From Bacteroidales bacterium (GTDB lineage: Bacteria > Bacteroidota > Bacteroidia > Bacteroidales > G3-4614), in assembly GCA_017935575.1 (NCBI GenBank), contig JAGBHI010000064.1, positions 8,836 to 72,835 of the forward strand: 64,000 nucleotides of DNA. The letters run 5' to 3'. Numbering within the stretch: position 1 is the stretch's first letter; the number at the start of each line of letters is the position of its first letter. The notes beneath the pieces were generated by a model, which saw nothing but the letters and a program-made list of their open reading frames with translations, was not told the DNA's origin and ran no database searches. Shown here in pieces: positions 19,598 to 30,390 of this stretch. Both the position numbers and the translations under genes were made by a program.

Positions 19598-20860
19598 ATG
19601 GAAGACAACAGAAAAATATTAAAAGGAGATAAATATATTTGGGGAACATATTTCTTTCTCTGTCTAATATCAATTATCTCAATGTACAGCGCAAGCGGTA
19701 TGTTGACAATGAAAAGCGGAGAGATATATGACCCAATAATACGCCATGCTATTTTTCTTGTAATTAGCACATTAATAGTATTTGCAGTACATTATGTACA
19801 CTATAAATGGTTAAGATTATTTGGATTACCACTATTTGCCATTGCCGCCGTATTGCTACTCTACACCCTCTTTTTTGCAGAAAAAGTTAATGATGCTGCA
19901 CGTTGGATAACAATAGCCGGAATTCCTATACAGCCCTCTGAAATTGCAAAATTGGGAGTAGTAATATCTGTAGCCTATTTTTTGGCAAGAGGACAAAGTG
20001 ATAAAGGTGTTACAACATTAGCTTTCAGAAAATCAATAATAATAGTTGCAATAGCATGCATACTGATATTCACTGAAAACTTCTCAACTGCAGCTCTCAT
20101 AGCATTAGTTTCATATTGTATGATGCTTATAGCCGGAGTATCCTTAAAAAAGTTACATGCTATTGTATTAATAGTTGTTATGATAGTTGCCGGAATACTA
20201 TTCACAGCACACATACTTGATAAAAATAATGACGGAGAACAAGAAAAAAATCTCTTTATGTCTGCCATACATAGGGCAAATATGTGGAACGACCGACTCT
20301 TTAATTTTGCAGGAGATGGAACTCCCGAATACTTAAAAGAGACAGATGACGATAACTTTCAACGACACCATGCATATATGGCCATTGCACATAGTAATGG
20401 AATAGGTGTTGGTCCCGGCAATAGCAGAGAACGAGATGTTTTGCCTCAAGCATACTCCGATTTTATATATGCTATAATTATTGAAGAGTTTGGGATAGCA
20501 GGAGGATTGTTCGTAATGGGACTATATCTATCCTTACTATTTAGAGCATATCAAATTACCAGAAAATGCACACAAGCATTCCCTGCATTTTTAATTATGG
20601 GAATAGCATTGCTAATAGTTTTTCAGGCACTTTTGAACATGATGGTAGCAACAGGAGTAGCACCGGTAACAGGACAACCCTTACCACTTATAAGCCGAGG
20701 AGGAACATCGGTACTAATAAATGGTATATATTTTGGAATAATGTTAAGCATAAGTCGCTATGCAACAACAGAATCTATAGAAATAAATAAAGATGAGGGC
20801 AAAGAGGAGATAGAGATACCTGAAAGTATCTCTGCCCCAAACCCAAATCTTAAAAAATAA
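19598..20860 (+). CDS. ftsW: FtsW/RodA/SpoVE-family peptidoglycan glycosyltransferase
   Basis: 420 aa, polytopic, with SEDS motifs (PSEIAKL; PLISRGGTS), in the dcw position between murD and murG. Confidence 0.9.
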   Translation: MEDNRKILKGDKYIWGTYFFLCLISIISMYSASGMLTMKSGEIYDPIIRHAIFLVISTLIVFAVHYVHYKWLRLFGLPLFAIAAVLLLYTLFFAEKVNDAARWITIAGIPIQPSEIAKLGVVISVAYFLARGQSDKGVTTLAFRKSIIIVAIACILIFTENFSTAALIALVSYCMMLIAGVSLKKLHAIVLIVVMIVAGILFTAHILDKNNDGEQEKNLFMSAIHRANMWNDRLFNFAGDGTPEYLKETDDDNFQRHHAYMAIAHSNGIGVGPGNSRERDVLPQAYSDFIYAIIIEEFGIAGGLFVMGLYLSLLFRAYQITRKCTQAFPAFLIMGIALLIVFQALLNMMVATGVAPVTGQPLPLISRGGTSVLINGIYFGIMLSISRYATTESIEINKDEGKEEIEIPESISAPNPNLKK

Positions 20861-20864
20861 GGAA

Positions 20865-21971
20865 ATGGAAAAAATAAAAGTTTTAGTAAGCGGAGGAGGG
20901 ACAGGAGGACATATATTCCCTGCCATATCCATTGCAGAAGCTATCAAAGCAAAAATTCCTAATGCTGAAATTCTATTTGTAGGAGCAGAAGGAAGAATGG
21001 AAATGGAAAAGGTTCCTGCAGCAGGATACAAAATAATAGGGCTACCCATAAGCGGACTAAGTAGAACAAACCTATTTAAAAATTTTGCTGTTATTACTCG
21101 TCTTATAAAGAGTTTGAAACTTGCAAAAAAAATAGTCAAGGATTTCAAACCCGATGTAGCGGTTGGCGTAGGAGGATATGCCAGCGGACCTACATTGTGG
21201 TGTGCTTCATCACTCAAAGTCCCAACTGTAATACAAGAGCAAAACTCTTATGCGGGAGTTACTAATAAACTTTTAGCAAAAAGGGCAGATGCTATATGTG
21301 TGGCATACGATAATATGGAAAGATTTTTTCCCTCAGACAGAATAATTCTTACAGGTAATCCTGTACGTAAAGGATTGGGAGAAAAAATATCTCGCGATGA
21401 AGCATTAGAATTTTTTGGATTAGATAAGAATAAGAAGACCATATTATCAATAGGCGGAAGTCTTGGAGCAAGAACAATAAACGAAAGTATCATTGATGCA
21501 TTAGGCTCAATTCCTGAGGGAGTACAAATACTATGGCAGTCAGGTAAATTTTATGAAAAAGAGGCAACAAAAGCATTATCAGCAATAGATGGAGCACCTG
21601 TTAAGCAAAGTGCATTTATAACACGAATGGATTTAGCATATGCAGCAGCCGATTTAGTAATCTCAAGAGCCGGAGCCTCATCAATATCAGAATTGTGCAT
21701 ATTGGGAAAACCCGTTATATTAGTTCCTTCACCTAATGTTGCAGAAGACCATCAGACTAAGAATGCCTTAGCGCTCTCAACAAAAGGCGCTGCAATTTTG
21801 GTAACTGATGCTGATGCAAGACTAACTCTTATGCAACAAGCCTTCTCCGTAATAAATGACGATGCCAAATTAAAAAGTTTATCTACAAATATATCGGAAA
21901 TGGCACAAAGAAACTCTGCCGATAGAATTGCAGATATAGTAATAGAAATTGCAAATAAAAAGAATAAATAA
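20865..21971 (+). CDS. murG: Undecaprenyldiphospho-muramoylpentapeptide beta-N-acetylglucosaminyltransferase
   Basis: N-terminal GGGTGGHIFPA and the C-terminal GT28 region (RAGASSISEL...HQTKNA). Confidence 0.95.
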   Translation: MEKIKVLVSGGGTGGHIFPAISIAEAIKAKIPNAEILFVGAEGRMEMEKVPAAGYKIIGLPISGLSRTNLFKNFAVITRLIKSLKLAKKIVKDFKPDVAVGVGGYASGPTLWCASSLKVPTVIQEQNSYAGVTNKLLAKRADAICVAYDNMERFFPSDRIILTGNPVRKGLGEKISRDEALEFFGLDKNKKTILSIGGSLGARTINESIIDALGSIPEGVQILWQSGKFYEKEATKALSAIDGAPVKQSAFITRMDLAYAAADLVISRAGASSISELCILGKPVILVPSPNVAEDHQTKNALALSTKGAAILVTDADARLTLMQQAFSVINDDAKLKSLSTNISEMAQRNSADRIADIVIEIANKKNK

Positions 21972-23338
21972 TGGATAATTTCAAATCACTATATTTTTTA
22001 GGGATAGGGGGCATCGGAATGAGTGCCTTAGCAAGATACTATATATCTAAAGGGTATAAAGTTGCAGGATATGATCGTACACGTACACACATAACTGACG
22101 ATTTAACTGCCGAAGGCGCTGAAATATTTTACAAAGAAGATGTAAATCTAATACCCGAATATTGTCTCAATCCACAAACCACACTAATAGTATATACTCC
22201 GGCAGTTCCATTAGAACACAAAGGATTTGAATATTTCAGAGAGAATGGATTTGAGATTGTAAAAAGGGCTAAGCTATTAGGAATAATAACCCGAAACAGC
22301 AGAGGACTATGCGTTGCCGGAACACACGGTAAAACAACAACAAGTTCAATGCTTGCACATATATTAGCATCATCAACAATAGAATGTAATGCATTTTTAG
22401 GGGGAATTCTAAAAAACTACAATAGCAATTTAATACTATCAGACAAAAGCGATTTGACAGTTATAGAGGCAGATGAATATGACCGTTCATTTCATCAATT
22501 ATCCCCTTATATGGCAATAGTAACAGCTTCAGACCCTGATCATCTTGATATATACGGGACAGAAGAGGGATATCTTGAAGGGTTTGCTCAATTTACCGAA
22601 TTGATACGACCCGGAGGAGTACTTCTTATAAAAAAGGGAATAACTCTAAAACCAAGAATTAATGACAAGGTCAAATTACTCACTTTTGGAAGAGAAGAGG
22701 GCGACTATCACGCAGAGAACATTCGTATTGGAGGCGGAGAGATTATATTTGATTTTGTAACACCAAACAAAGTCATAAAAGATATAAACCTCGGAGTTCC
22801 CGTTAAAATTAATATTGATAACGCAGTAGCTGCAATGGCAATAGCAATGCTTAACGGAGTTACCGACGATGAATTACGCAATGCCATTAGTACCTACAGA
22901 GGAGCAGAACGGAGATTTGATTTTTGGTTAAAAAAATCAGACAAAGTTCTCTTAGACGATTATGCTCACCACCCAGATGAAGTTGCAGCATCTATATCAT
23001 CAGTAAAAGAGTTATATCCCAATAAACATCTTACAGTAATCTTTTACCCACATCTATATAGTCGCACACGCGACTTTGCCCCACAATTTGCCAAAGCACT
23101 ATCATTAGCCGACAGAGTAATTTTACTACCAATATATCCCGCAAGAGAAGAGCCCATACCAGGAGTATCATCAGAAATAATACTAAATGCCATTACTTGC
23201 AAAGAAAAAGAGATATGTTTAAAAGAAAATTTGATAGAACGAATTAAAGTTGGTAATTTTGAGGTTCTTATGACTATGGGAGCAGGAAACGTAGATATAT
23301 ATCTACCTCAAATAAAAGAGATATTAGATAACGAATGA
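21971..23338 (+). CDS. murC: UDP-N-acetylmuramate--L-alanine ligase
   Basis: Motifs GIGGIGMSALA and GTHGKTTTS. The ATG overlaps the murG stop (TAATG). Confidence 0.95.
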   Translation: MDNFKSLYFLGIGGIGMSALARYYISKGYKVAGYDRTRTHITDDLTAEGAEIFYKEDVNLIPEYCLNPQTTLIVYTPAVPLEHKGFEYFRENGFEIVKRAKLLGIITRNSRGLCVAGTHGKTTTSSMLAHILASSTIECNAFLGGILKNYNSNLILSDKSDLTVIEADEYDRSFHQLSPYMAIVTASDPDHLDIYGTEEGYLEGFAQFTELIRPGGVLLIKKGITLKPRINDKVKLLTFGREEGDYHAENIRIGGGEIIFDFVTPNKVIKDINLGVPVKINIDNAVAAMAIAMLNGVTDDELRNAISTYRGAERRFDFWLKKSDKVLLDDYAHHPDEVAASISSVKELYPNKHLTVIFYPHLYSRTRDFAPQFAKALSLADRVILLPIYPAREEPIPGVSSEIILNAITCKEKEICLKENLIERIKVGNFEVLMTMGAGNVDIYLPQIKEILDNE

Positions 23339-24072
23339 TTGCCAAAATATTTAAAATATTATTGTTACTATTACTTCCATCATATTTGATTGCCGCATTC
23401 ATATATGCCCAATACGAATATGAAAAGGAGGTATGTTCTGGTATTGAAATAATTCAAAAAAACAAAACAGAACAACAATTCCTCTCTGACAAAGATATTT
23501 TGACAATCATAAGAGACAACAAATTGGTAAAAAAAGGAGAGCCTCTAAATAATATAAATAGGGACAAAATAGAAAAAAGCATTGAAAAAAATTTCATTAT
23601 TGAGAATGTTGAGTGCTATATGACGCCATCAGGAAAGATTAAAATTGAGGTAGAACAACGCATTCCCGTAATGAGAGTAATAACCCCATATGATTCGTAC
23701 TACATTGACAAAAACAGGCGCAAAATGCCACTATCTGATAAAATTATAGTATATCTGCCCGTTGCAAGCGGAAATATAAATGAAGATTTTGCAAAAAATA
23801 AACTATTTGACTTTGTCCAATTCATAAGTACAAATTCAAAATGGGATAAGCAAATTGAACAGATAGTAGTAACTGATAAAGAAGAGATAGAACTTATTCC
23901 TCGCGTAGGAAAACAATTGATTCTTTTTGGAAAAATAAGTAACTTTGAACGCAAATTCAGCTCCCTTGATTTATTATATTCGCAAATATTTCAAGAGAGA
24001 GGTTGGAATTACTATAATAATATAAACTTAAAATACGACGGCAGAATTATCTGCACCAAAAACAATAAATAA
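23335..24072 (+). CDS. ftsQ: Cell division protein FtsQ (POTRA-containing)
   Basis: 245 aa with an N-terminal TM helix. It sits between murC and ftsA and overlaps murC by 4 nt. The assignment is mainly positional. Confidence 0.7.
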   Translation: MIAKIFKILLLLLLPSYLIAAFIYAQYEYEKEVCSGIEIIQKNKTEQQFLSDKDILTIIRDNKLVKKGEPLNNINRDKIEKSIEKNFIIENVECYMTPSGKIKIEVEQRIPVMRVITPYDSYYIDKNRRKMPLSDKIIVYLPVASGNINEDFAKNKLFDFVQFISTNSKWDKQIEQIVVTDKEEIELIPRVGKQLILFGKISNFERKFSSLDLLYSQIFQERGWNYYNNINLKYDGRIICTKNNK

Positions 24073-24073
24073 T

Positions 24074-25429
24074 ATGGATATTACAAATTTAATGGTAGCA
24101 ATAGACTTAGGCTCTTCAAATATAGTAGGAATGGCAGGAGTCAGAGAAGGTAACAAAATAAAAATAGTTGCTATTGACAAAGAGCCATCAGAAGGTGCGG
24201 TACGTCGTGGCTGCGTTATTAATATAGAGGAGAGTGCCTCAAAAGTAAAAAAACTTATTACTAAGTTAGAGAATAAACTTTCAACCCACATATCAAATGT
24301 ATTTGTAGGTATCGGAGGACAGTCAGTGCGAACAATAAAGAACAATGTATCGCGACATCTGCCCGACGGGACAAAGATATCTTCGCTCCTTCTTGAAGAA
24401 TTACAAAAAGAGGGGCGCAACATTCCCATAGCATCTACTGAAATCATAGATGTATTGCCTAACGAAATATTCATAAACGACAATGTTGTTAAAAATCCGG
24501 AAGGTGTTGAAGCAAAAAAAATACAAATTGATATGCAATTGGCAGTAGCACGCCAAACATTAACAAAAAACATCGTAACCATCTTTGATAAATTAAAATT
24601 AAATATTGAAGGTTTCATTTTATCAAGCAAAGCAGATGCAGAAGCTGTTTTAAAAATGGAGGATAAAGAGAGTGGTTGCGTTTTAGTTAATTTCGGAGGA
24701 GGAACAACTGAAGTTTCAATATACCACCAAGGATTCTTAAGACAATTGACAACAATTCCCTTAGGAGGCAAAAACATAACCCAAGACATTATGTCTCTCG
24801 GACTTGTTAGCGATGAAGCTGAAAGATTTAAAATATCATTAGGCAGCGCTCTTTTAAGCACTGGCGAGCAATTAAAAGGATATACACTTGATGCTCAAGG
24901 CAAAGGTCCCATTAAACCTAAAGATTTGAACAGAATAACAGTTGCCCGCATTGAAGAGATAGTAGCCAATGTAGTTAATCAGATAAAAGAATCAGGATAC
25001 AAATCTGAATTAAAAGGAGGTATTATAATAACAGGAGAAGCATCTCAATTAAAAGATCTACCTGAGTTATTGCGCAAAGAGGCAGGAATGGAGGTCAGAT
25101 GCGGAACAATGTCAGATAAAATTATAGCTGAACAAGATTTGAATATACAATTAACAACATATTCTCAAACAATAGGAATGTTGTTAATAGCAAACGAATC
25201 ATTAGCATCACCCACAAAAGAGGCAAATAAGGAGGGTTGGTGGCCATGGAAAAAGGCAAAGAAAGAGGAGAAGAAGAAAGAAGAGGTAAAACCTGTTGAA
25301 GCGCCAAAACCCAAACCGGAAAAAGTTAAAAAAGAACAGCCTCAAGAAAAAAGAGAAGGTCTTTTCGATACAATTCAAAAGCAAGTTATAAAATATATGA
25401 CAGAAGATAATAACGAAAAGATAAGCTAA
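24074..25429 (+). CDS. ftsA: Cell division protein FtsA
   Basis: Actin-fold phosphate motifs (AIDLGSSNIVGM; FGGGTTEVSIY). A K/E/P-rich linker is followed by a C-terminal amphipathic helix (GLFDTIQKQVIKYM). Confidence 0.9.
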   Translation: MDITNLMVAIDLGSSNIVGMAGVREGNKIKIVAIDKEPSEGAVRRGCVINIEESASKVKKLITKLENKLSTHISNVFVGIGGQSVRTIKNNVSRHLPDGTKISSLLLEELQKEGRNIPIASTEIIDVLPNEIFINDNVVKNPEGVEAKKIQIDMQLAVARQTLTKNIVTIFDKLKLNIEGFILSSKADAEAVLKMEDKESGCVLVNFGGGTTEVSIYHQGFLRQLTTIPLGGKNITQDIMSLGLVSDEAERFKISLGSALLSTGEQLKGYTLDAQGKGPIKPKDLNRITVARIEEIVANVVNQIKESGYKSELKGGIIITGEASQLKDLPELLRKEAGMEVRCGTMSDKIIAEQDLNIQLTTYSQTIGMLLIANESLASPTKEANKEGWWPWKKAKKEEKKKEEVKPVEAPKPKPEKVKKEQPQEKREGLFDTIQKQVIKYMTEDNNEKIS

Positions 25430-25473
25430 TATAATAACAAGATTTGCAAATTAGTAAAAGCATACAACACTAT

Positions 25474-26790
25474 ATGGAAGAAAACAGACTCTTTTCAGAC
25501 TCGGCAATTGTTGACCCATTTGACAATTTAAGCAGCTCCACAGCTCCCATAATTAAAGTTATAGGAGTAGGAGGTGGTGGAGGCAATGCAGTTTCACATA
25601 TGTATAAAACAGGAATTACAGATGTTGAATTTGTATTGTGTAATACCGACCGTCAAGCCATGGTGAAATCAGAAATCCCAACCAAAGTTCAGATAGGAAA
25701 AGGACTTGGAGCAGGAGGAAATCCTGAAGAGGGACGACGCATTGCAGAAGATAACATTGAACAAATAGAGAGTATCTTTGACAACAACACCCGAATGGTA
25801 TTTATCACTGCCGGAATGGGAGGAGGAACAGGAACCGGAGCTGCTCCCGTTGTTGCACGTGTAGCACGCGATAAGGGATTACTTACAATAGGTATTGTAA
25901 CAATTCCATTCCTTTTTGAGCGCATCAATAAAATAAAACTTGCATGGCAAGGAGTTGAAGAGATGCGTAAAAATGTTGATGCACTCTTAATAATAAATAA
26001 TGAGCGTCTTCGTGAAATATATCCCGACCTCAACTTTGTAAATGCCTTTGAAAAAGCTGATGATACACTAACCAATGCAGCAAAAAGTGTAGCAGAACTA
26101 ATCACAGTTGAAGGCAAAATAAACCTTGACTTTGCCGATGTATATAATACGCTCAAAGACGGAGGAGTTGCAATAATGAGTACAGGATATGGCGAAGGAG
26201 AAAACCGTATATCAAACGCATTTGAATCAGCGTTACAATCGCCATTATTAAAAGAGGGCGACGTTAACAATGCAAAACGAGTACTATTCAATCTCTACAT
26301 ATCTTCTGAAGGAGAGAACCCTGTAACAATGGCTGAAATTTCAGAGGTAAACTCATTTATGGAACGTTTCGGCAACGATGTAAATGTAATATGGGGTTAC
26401 GCCATTGACAATACATTAGGAGATAAAGTAAGAGTAACACTTCTTGCAACCGGATTTAACGTAGATTCATCTATCCCAACATCAGCATCGGTTCAACCGG
26501 AGAAATCAACCGTTACCCCTGTTCGTACCGAAAATGATATAATAACAGAAGTTTACGGAACAACAGCCGAAGACAGAGTCTTTATGGAGAATGTAAGAAG
26601 TTCATATATACTATTCTCGTTAGAGGAGATGGACGACGATGCATTTATTGATAAAGTTATGAAGGCTCCTGCCTATTCGCGCCCTGCAAATTTTAAACAA
26701 CAGATAAGAGGAACAGAAACACAATCAGAAACCGAAGATATTAATATTCCTCAACCCAATACAAACAGCGGAAAACCCATTATATTTTAA
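25474..26790 (+). CDS. ftsZ: Cell division GTPase FtsZ
   Basis: Tubulin signature GGGTGTGAAP and N-terminal GVGGGGGNAV. The ATG at 25474 is preferred over the TTG at 25444. Confidence 0.95.
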   Translation: MEENRLFSDSAIVDPFDNLSSSTAPIIKVIGVGGGGGNAVSHMYKTGITDVEFVLCNTDRQAMVKSEIPTKVQIGKGLGAGGNPEEGRRIAEDNIEQIESIFDNNTRMVFITAGMGGGTGTGAAPVVARVARDKGLLTIGIVTIPFLFERINKIKLAWQGVEEMRKNVDALLIINNERLREIYPDLNFVNAFEKADDTLTNAAKSVAELITVEGKINLDFADVYNTLKDGGVAIMSTGYGEGENRISNAFESALQSPLLKEGDVNNAKRVLFNLYISSEGENPVTMAEISEVNSFMERFGNDVNVIWGYAIDNTLGDKVRVTLLATGFNVDSSIPTSASVQPEKSTVTPVRTENDIITEVYGTTAEDRVFMENVRSSYILFSLEEMDDDAFIDKVMKAPAYSRPANFKQQIRGTETQSETEDINIPQPNTNSGKPIIF

Positions 26791-26800
26791 ATAAGACATT

Positions 26801-27253
26801 ATGAATATATTTGATAAAATAAGTGAAGGTATTAAAGAGGCTATGAAAGCCAAAGATCAAGTACGCCTTGACACCCTCAGAGCAATAAAAAAAGAGTTTA
26901 TTGAAGCTAAAACCACAAAGGGAGCAGATGGAGAATTAAATGACGAAACCGCCATGAAAATTCTTGTAAAGATGGTTAAACAACGCAAAGAGGGAGCAGA
27001 AATATTTGCCGCAAATAACCGTGCAGATATAGCAGAGCTAAATCTTGCCGAAGCAAAAATCATCGAAGAGTTCCTACCAAAGCAACTTACAGCTGAAGAA
27101 CTTGAAGAGGCTCTTAAAACAATAATAGCAAAAGTAGGAGCTACATCGCCCCAACAAATGGGAATGGTTATGGGAGTAGCAACAAAAGAGTTGGCAGGAC
27201 GTGCCGAAGGAAAACTAATTTCAGCCAAAGTAAAAGAGTTATTATCAAAATAA
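26801..27253 (+). CDS. GatB/YqeY domain-containing protein
   Basis: 150 aa with a typical YqeY-family sequence (MKAKDQVRLDTLRAIK...EIFAANNRADIAELNLAEAKIIEEFLP). Confidence 0.85.
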   Translation: MNIFDKISEGIKEAMKAKDQVRLDTLRAIKKEFIEAKTTKGADGELNDETAMKILVKMVKQRKEGAEIFAANNRADIAELNLAEAKIIEEFLPKQLTAEELEEALKTIIAKVGATSPQQMGMVMGVATKELAGRAEGKLISAKVKELLSK

Positions 27254-27275
27254 ACATAAAATAAAGCATAATACT

Positions 27276-28556
27276 ATGTTAACACTTGCAGCAATTAAAG
27301 AGAACCCCGACGATATAATCCGCCGATTGGCTCGCAAACATTTCGACGCAAAAGAGTTGATAGAAAAAGTAATAGAGATAGACAAAGTACGTCGCACAAC
27401 ACAAGCTGAATTAGACGCATCACTCTCTCAAATAAAGACACTATCATCACAAATAGGTATGTTTATGAAGGGGGGAGAGAAAGATAAAGCAGAAGCAGCA
27501 AAAGCCGAAGTTGCAACTCTAAAAGAGAAAACATCTATATTAGATGAAAAGATGACATCGGCTGAAAAGGAGATAACAGATATACTTTTGACTATCCCCA
27601 ACACTCCCTGCGACCTTGTTCCTGATGGAAAAACAGCAGAAGATAATCTTGTTGTTAAAGAGGGAGGTAATATGCCCAATCTATCAGACGAAGCGCTTCC
27701 ACACTGGGAATTGGCCAAAATATATGACCTTATTGATTTTGAATTGGGAGTTAAAATATCGGGAGCAGGATTTCCTGTATATAAAGGCAATGGAGCAAGA
27801 TTACAACGTGCATTAATCAACTTTTTCCTTGACAATGCACGCGAAGCAGGATACTTAGAAGTTCAACCCCCATACGTAGTTAATGCCGCATCAGGATACG
27901 GTACAGGACAATTACCCGATAAAGAGGGGCAAATGTATCATTGTACTGAGGACGATTTGTATCTAATTCCAACAGCCGAAGTACCTGTAACAAACATCTA
28001 CCGCGATGTAATTCTTGACGAGAAAGATTTACCTTGCAAAAATACAGCATACTCAGCATGTTTCCGCCGCGAAGCAGGTTCATACGGGAAAGATGTACGC
28101 GGATTAAACCGCCTACACCAATTTGACAAAGTAGAGATAGTTCGCATTGAAAAACCCGAGAACTCTTATGCCGCACTTGACGAGATGGTAGCATACGTAC
28201 AAACATTGGTTGAAAAATTGGAGTTACCTTGGCACATACTTCGCTTATGTGGTGGAGATATGAGCTTCACATCGGCATTAACATACGATTTTGAAGTATA
28301 TTCAGCAGCACAAAAACGTTGGTTAGAGGTATCGTCAGTATCAAACTTTGAAAGTTACCAATCAAACCGATTAAAATGCCGTTTCCGTGGAGGAGACAAA
28401 AAACCTCAATTAGTACACACTCTTAACGGTAGTGCTTTAGCACTTCCGCGTATAGTAGCTGCACTATTAGAGAATAACCAAACCCCTGAAGGTATAAGAA
28501 TCCCCAAAGCACTTGTGCCATATATGGGAGGAATGGAGATGATAACAAAACCCTAA
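27276..28556 (+). CDS. serS: Serine--tRNA ligase
   Basis: N-terminal coiled-coil arm. Class II motif 2 (FRREAGSYGKDVRGLNRLHQFDKVE) and motif 3 (GSALALPR) are present. Confidence 0.95.
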   Translation: MLTLAAIKENPDDIIRRLARKHFDAKELIEKVIEIDKVRRTTQAELDASLSQIKTLSSQIGMFMKGGEKDKAEAAKAEVATLKEKTSILDEKMTSAEKEITDILLTIPNTPCDLVPDGKTAEDNLVVKEGGNMPNLSDEALPHWELAKIYDLIDFELGVKISGAGFPVYKGNGARLQRALINFFLDNAREAGYLEVQPPYVVNAASGYGTGQLPDKEGQMYHCTEDDLYLIPTAEVPVTNIYRDVILDEKDLPCKNTAYSACFRREAGSYGKDVRGLNRLHQFDKVEIVRIEKPENSYAALDEMVAYVQTLVEKLELPWHILRLCGGDMSFTSALTYDFEVYSAAQKRWLEVSSVSNFESYQSNRLKCRFRGGDKKPQLVHTLNGSALALPRIVAALLENNQTPEGIRIPKALVPYMGGMEMITKP

Positions 28557-28588
28557 AACGGCAGAAATAATACAAATTCATCTAAAAT

Positions 28589-28630
28589 GAGTATCTTTGC
28601 AACATAAATCAAGCAGAGATACTCTTTTTA
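28589..28630 (+). terminator. Possible serS terminator hairpin
   Basis: 8-bp perfect stem GAGTATCT(28589-28596)/AGATACTC(28617-28624) followed by TTTTT. The 20-nt loop is large. The left arm also contains a TATCTTTG promoter-like motif (28592-28599). Confidence 0.4.
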
Positions 28631-28684
28631 TAAACGATATCTCACATTAAATTAGAAACAAAACATTAAAAACAGATTATAATT

Positions 28685-29788
28685 ATGGCATTACAATGCG
28701 GAATCGTCGGACTACCCAACGTTGGTAAATCAACACTTTTCAATTGCTTATCAAATGCAAAAGCACAAGCAGCAAATTTCCCTTTCTGTACCATTGAACC
28801 CAATGTGGGAGTAATAACCGTTCCTGACGAACGTTTAAACAAATTGGCAGAAATTGTAAAACCTCAAAGAATAGTACCAACAACAGTTGAGATAGTTGAT
28901 ATTGCAGGACTTGTAAAAGGAGCAAGTAAAGGAGAAGGATTAGGAAACAAATTCTTGGCTAATATCCGCGAAACAGATGCCATATTACACGTATTACGAT
29001 GCTTTGACGATGATAATATTACACACGTTGACGGAACAATAGATCCCGTAAGAGATAAAGAGATTATTGATTACGAATTACAAATTCGCGACTTGGAGAC
29101 TGTTGAGACCCGCCTATCAAAGGTTCAAAAACAGGCACAAACAGGAGGAGACAAAAATGCAAAACTTGCATGCGATGTTCTTTTGGCATACAAAGCAGCT
29201 CTTGAGCAGGGCAAACCTGCAAGAAGCGTAGAATTTGAGACAAAAGATGAACAAAAAGTTGCACGTGAACTATTCCTCCTTACATCAAAACCTGTATTGT
29301 ATGTATGTAACGTTGACGAAGCATCAGCAGCAAACGGCAATAAATATGTTGAAGCCGTTAGGGAGGCCATAAAAGAGGAGAATGCTGAGTTATTAATAGT
29401 ATCAGCAAAGATAGAGTCTGAAATTGCAGAATTTGAGACATACGAGGAGCGCCAAATGTTCTTAGAAGAGATTGGACTAAAAGAGTCAGGAATGGCACGC
29501 CTTATACAATCAGCCTACCGCCTTTTAAACCTTGAAACATATATAACAGCAGGAGAGCCTGAGGTTAGAGCATGGACATATCGCAAAGGAAGCAAGGCAC
29601 CACAATGTGCAGGAGTAATACATACTGACTTTGAAAAGGGATTTATCCGTGCCGAAGTAATAAAATATGAGGACTATATAAAATATGGTTCCGAGGCTGC
29701 CTGCAGAGAAGCCGGAAAGATAAGCATTGAAGGCAAAGAGTATATCGTGCAAGACGGAGATATAATGCACTTCCGTTTTAACGTATAA
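28685..29788 (+). CDS. ychF: Redox-regulated ATPase YchF (Obg-like)
   Basis: G1 motif GLPNVGKST, a TGS-like C-terminus, and typical length of 367 aa. Confidence 0.95.
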   Translation: MALQCGIVGLPNVGKSTLFNCLSNAKAQAANFPFCTIEPNVGVITVPDERLNKLAEIVKPQRIVPTTVEIVDIAGLVKGASKGEGLGNKFLANIRETDAILHVLRCFDDDNITHVDGTIDPVRDKEIIDYELQIRDLETVETRLSKVQKQAQTGGDKNAKLACDVLLAYKAALEQGKPARSVEFETKDEQKVARELFLLTSKPVLYVCNVDEASAANGNKYVEAVREAIKEENAELLIVSAKIESEIAEFETYEERQMFLEEIGLKESGMARLIQSAYRLLNLETYITAGEPEVRAWTYRKGSKAPQCAGVIHTDFEKGFIRAEVIKYEDYIKYGSEAACREAGKISIEGKEYIVQDGDIMHFRFNV

Positions 29789-29794
29789 TAGATT

Positions 29795-30382
29795 ATGAAC
29801 CCAAAACAGACCGTATGCGTATATTGCGCATCAAGTTCAAAGGTTAACAAAGAGTACACCGATGCAGCCTATACTCTTGGCAAATTATGTGCCGAGAAAG
29901 GGATAAGATGCGTATTTGGATCGGGCAAAACAGGATTGATGGGAGCCCTTGCAAAGGGCGTTATGGAGAACAACGGCGAGATTATAGGAGTAATCCCTGA
30001 ATTTATGATAGAAGAAGGGTGGGGAAACGAAGAGTTGACTCACGTTGAAGTAACCCCCACAATGCACCGCCGAAAAGAGATTATGGCAGAACTTGCCAAT
30101 GCAGCAATTGCAATGCCCGGAGGATGTGGAACTCTTGAAGAGTTACTTGAGATTATAACATGGAAACAATTAGGACTCTTCTCTGGACCAATAATAATAT
30201 TAAACATAAACAATTACTATACTCCACTAATTACTATGCTTGAACAAGCCATAGAGCAACAATTTATGCGAGAAGAGCATCGAGCTATATGGCAGGTAGT
30301 TGATACCCCACATAAAGCATTAGAAGCAATTGAAGAAAATAGTTTATGGAGTAATAACGCAAGGGAGATTGCTGCATTATAA
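29795..30382 (+). CDS. LOG-family (TIGR00730-type) nucleotide phosphoribohydrolase
   Basis: Contains the PGGxGTxxE motif (MPGGCGTLEELLE) and GSGKTGLMG. Confidence 0.85.
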   Translation: MNPKQTVCVYCASSSKVNKEYTDAAYTLGKLCAEKGIRCVFGSGKTGLMGALAKGVMENNGEIIGVIPEFMIEEGWGNEELTHVEVTPTMHRRKEIMAELANAAIAMPGGCGTLEELLEIITWKQLGLFSGPIIILNINNYYTPLITMLEQAIEQQFMREEHRAIWQVVDTPHKALEAIEENSLWSNNAREIAAL

Positions 30383-30390
30383 CTAAATTG

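Noticed and set aside
24028-24861. 277-aa ORF antisense to ftsQ/ftsA, the longest unexplained ORF in the track
   Set aside because: It lies entirely opposite the strongly supported ftsA, which has actin-fold motifs. Its sequence is low-complexity and Ser/Leu/Phe/Ile-rich. This is typical of stop-free antisense frames in AT-rich, purine-skewed coding DNA, and it has no start context or recognisable motif.
25211-25354. K/E/P-rich low-complexity stretch near the end of ftsA (PTKEANKEGWWPWKKAKKEEKKKEEVKPVEAPKPKPEKVKKEQPQEKR)
   Set aside because: It is in frame within ftsA, between the actin fold and the C-terminal amphipathic membrane-targeting helix. It is a flexible linker, not a separate element or repeat array.
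25689-26291. 200-aa ORF antisense to ftsZ
   Set aside because: It mirrors the Gly/Ala-rich tubulin-signature region of ftsZ, and its product is Pro/Ser/Ala low complexity. It is a shadow ORF.
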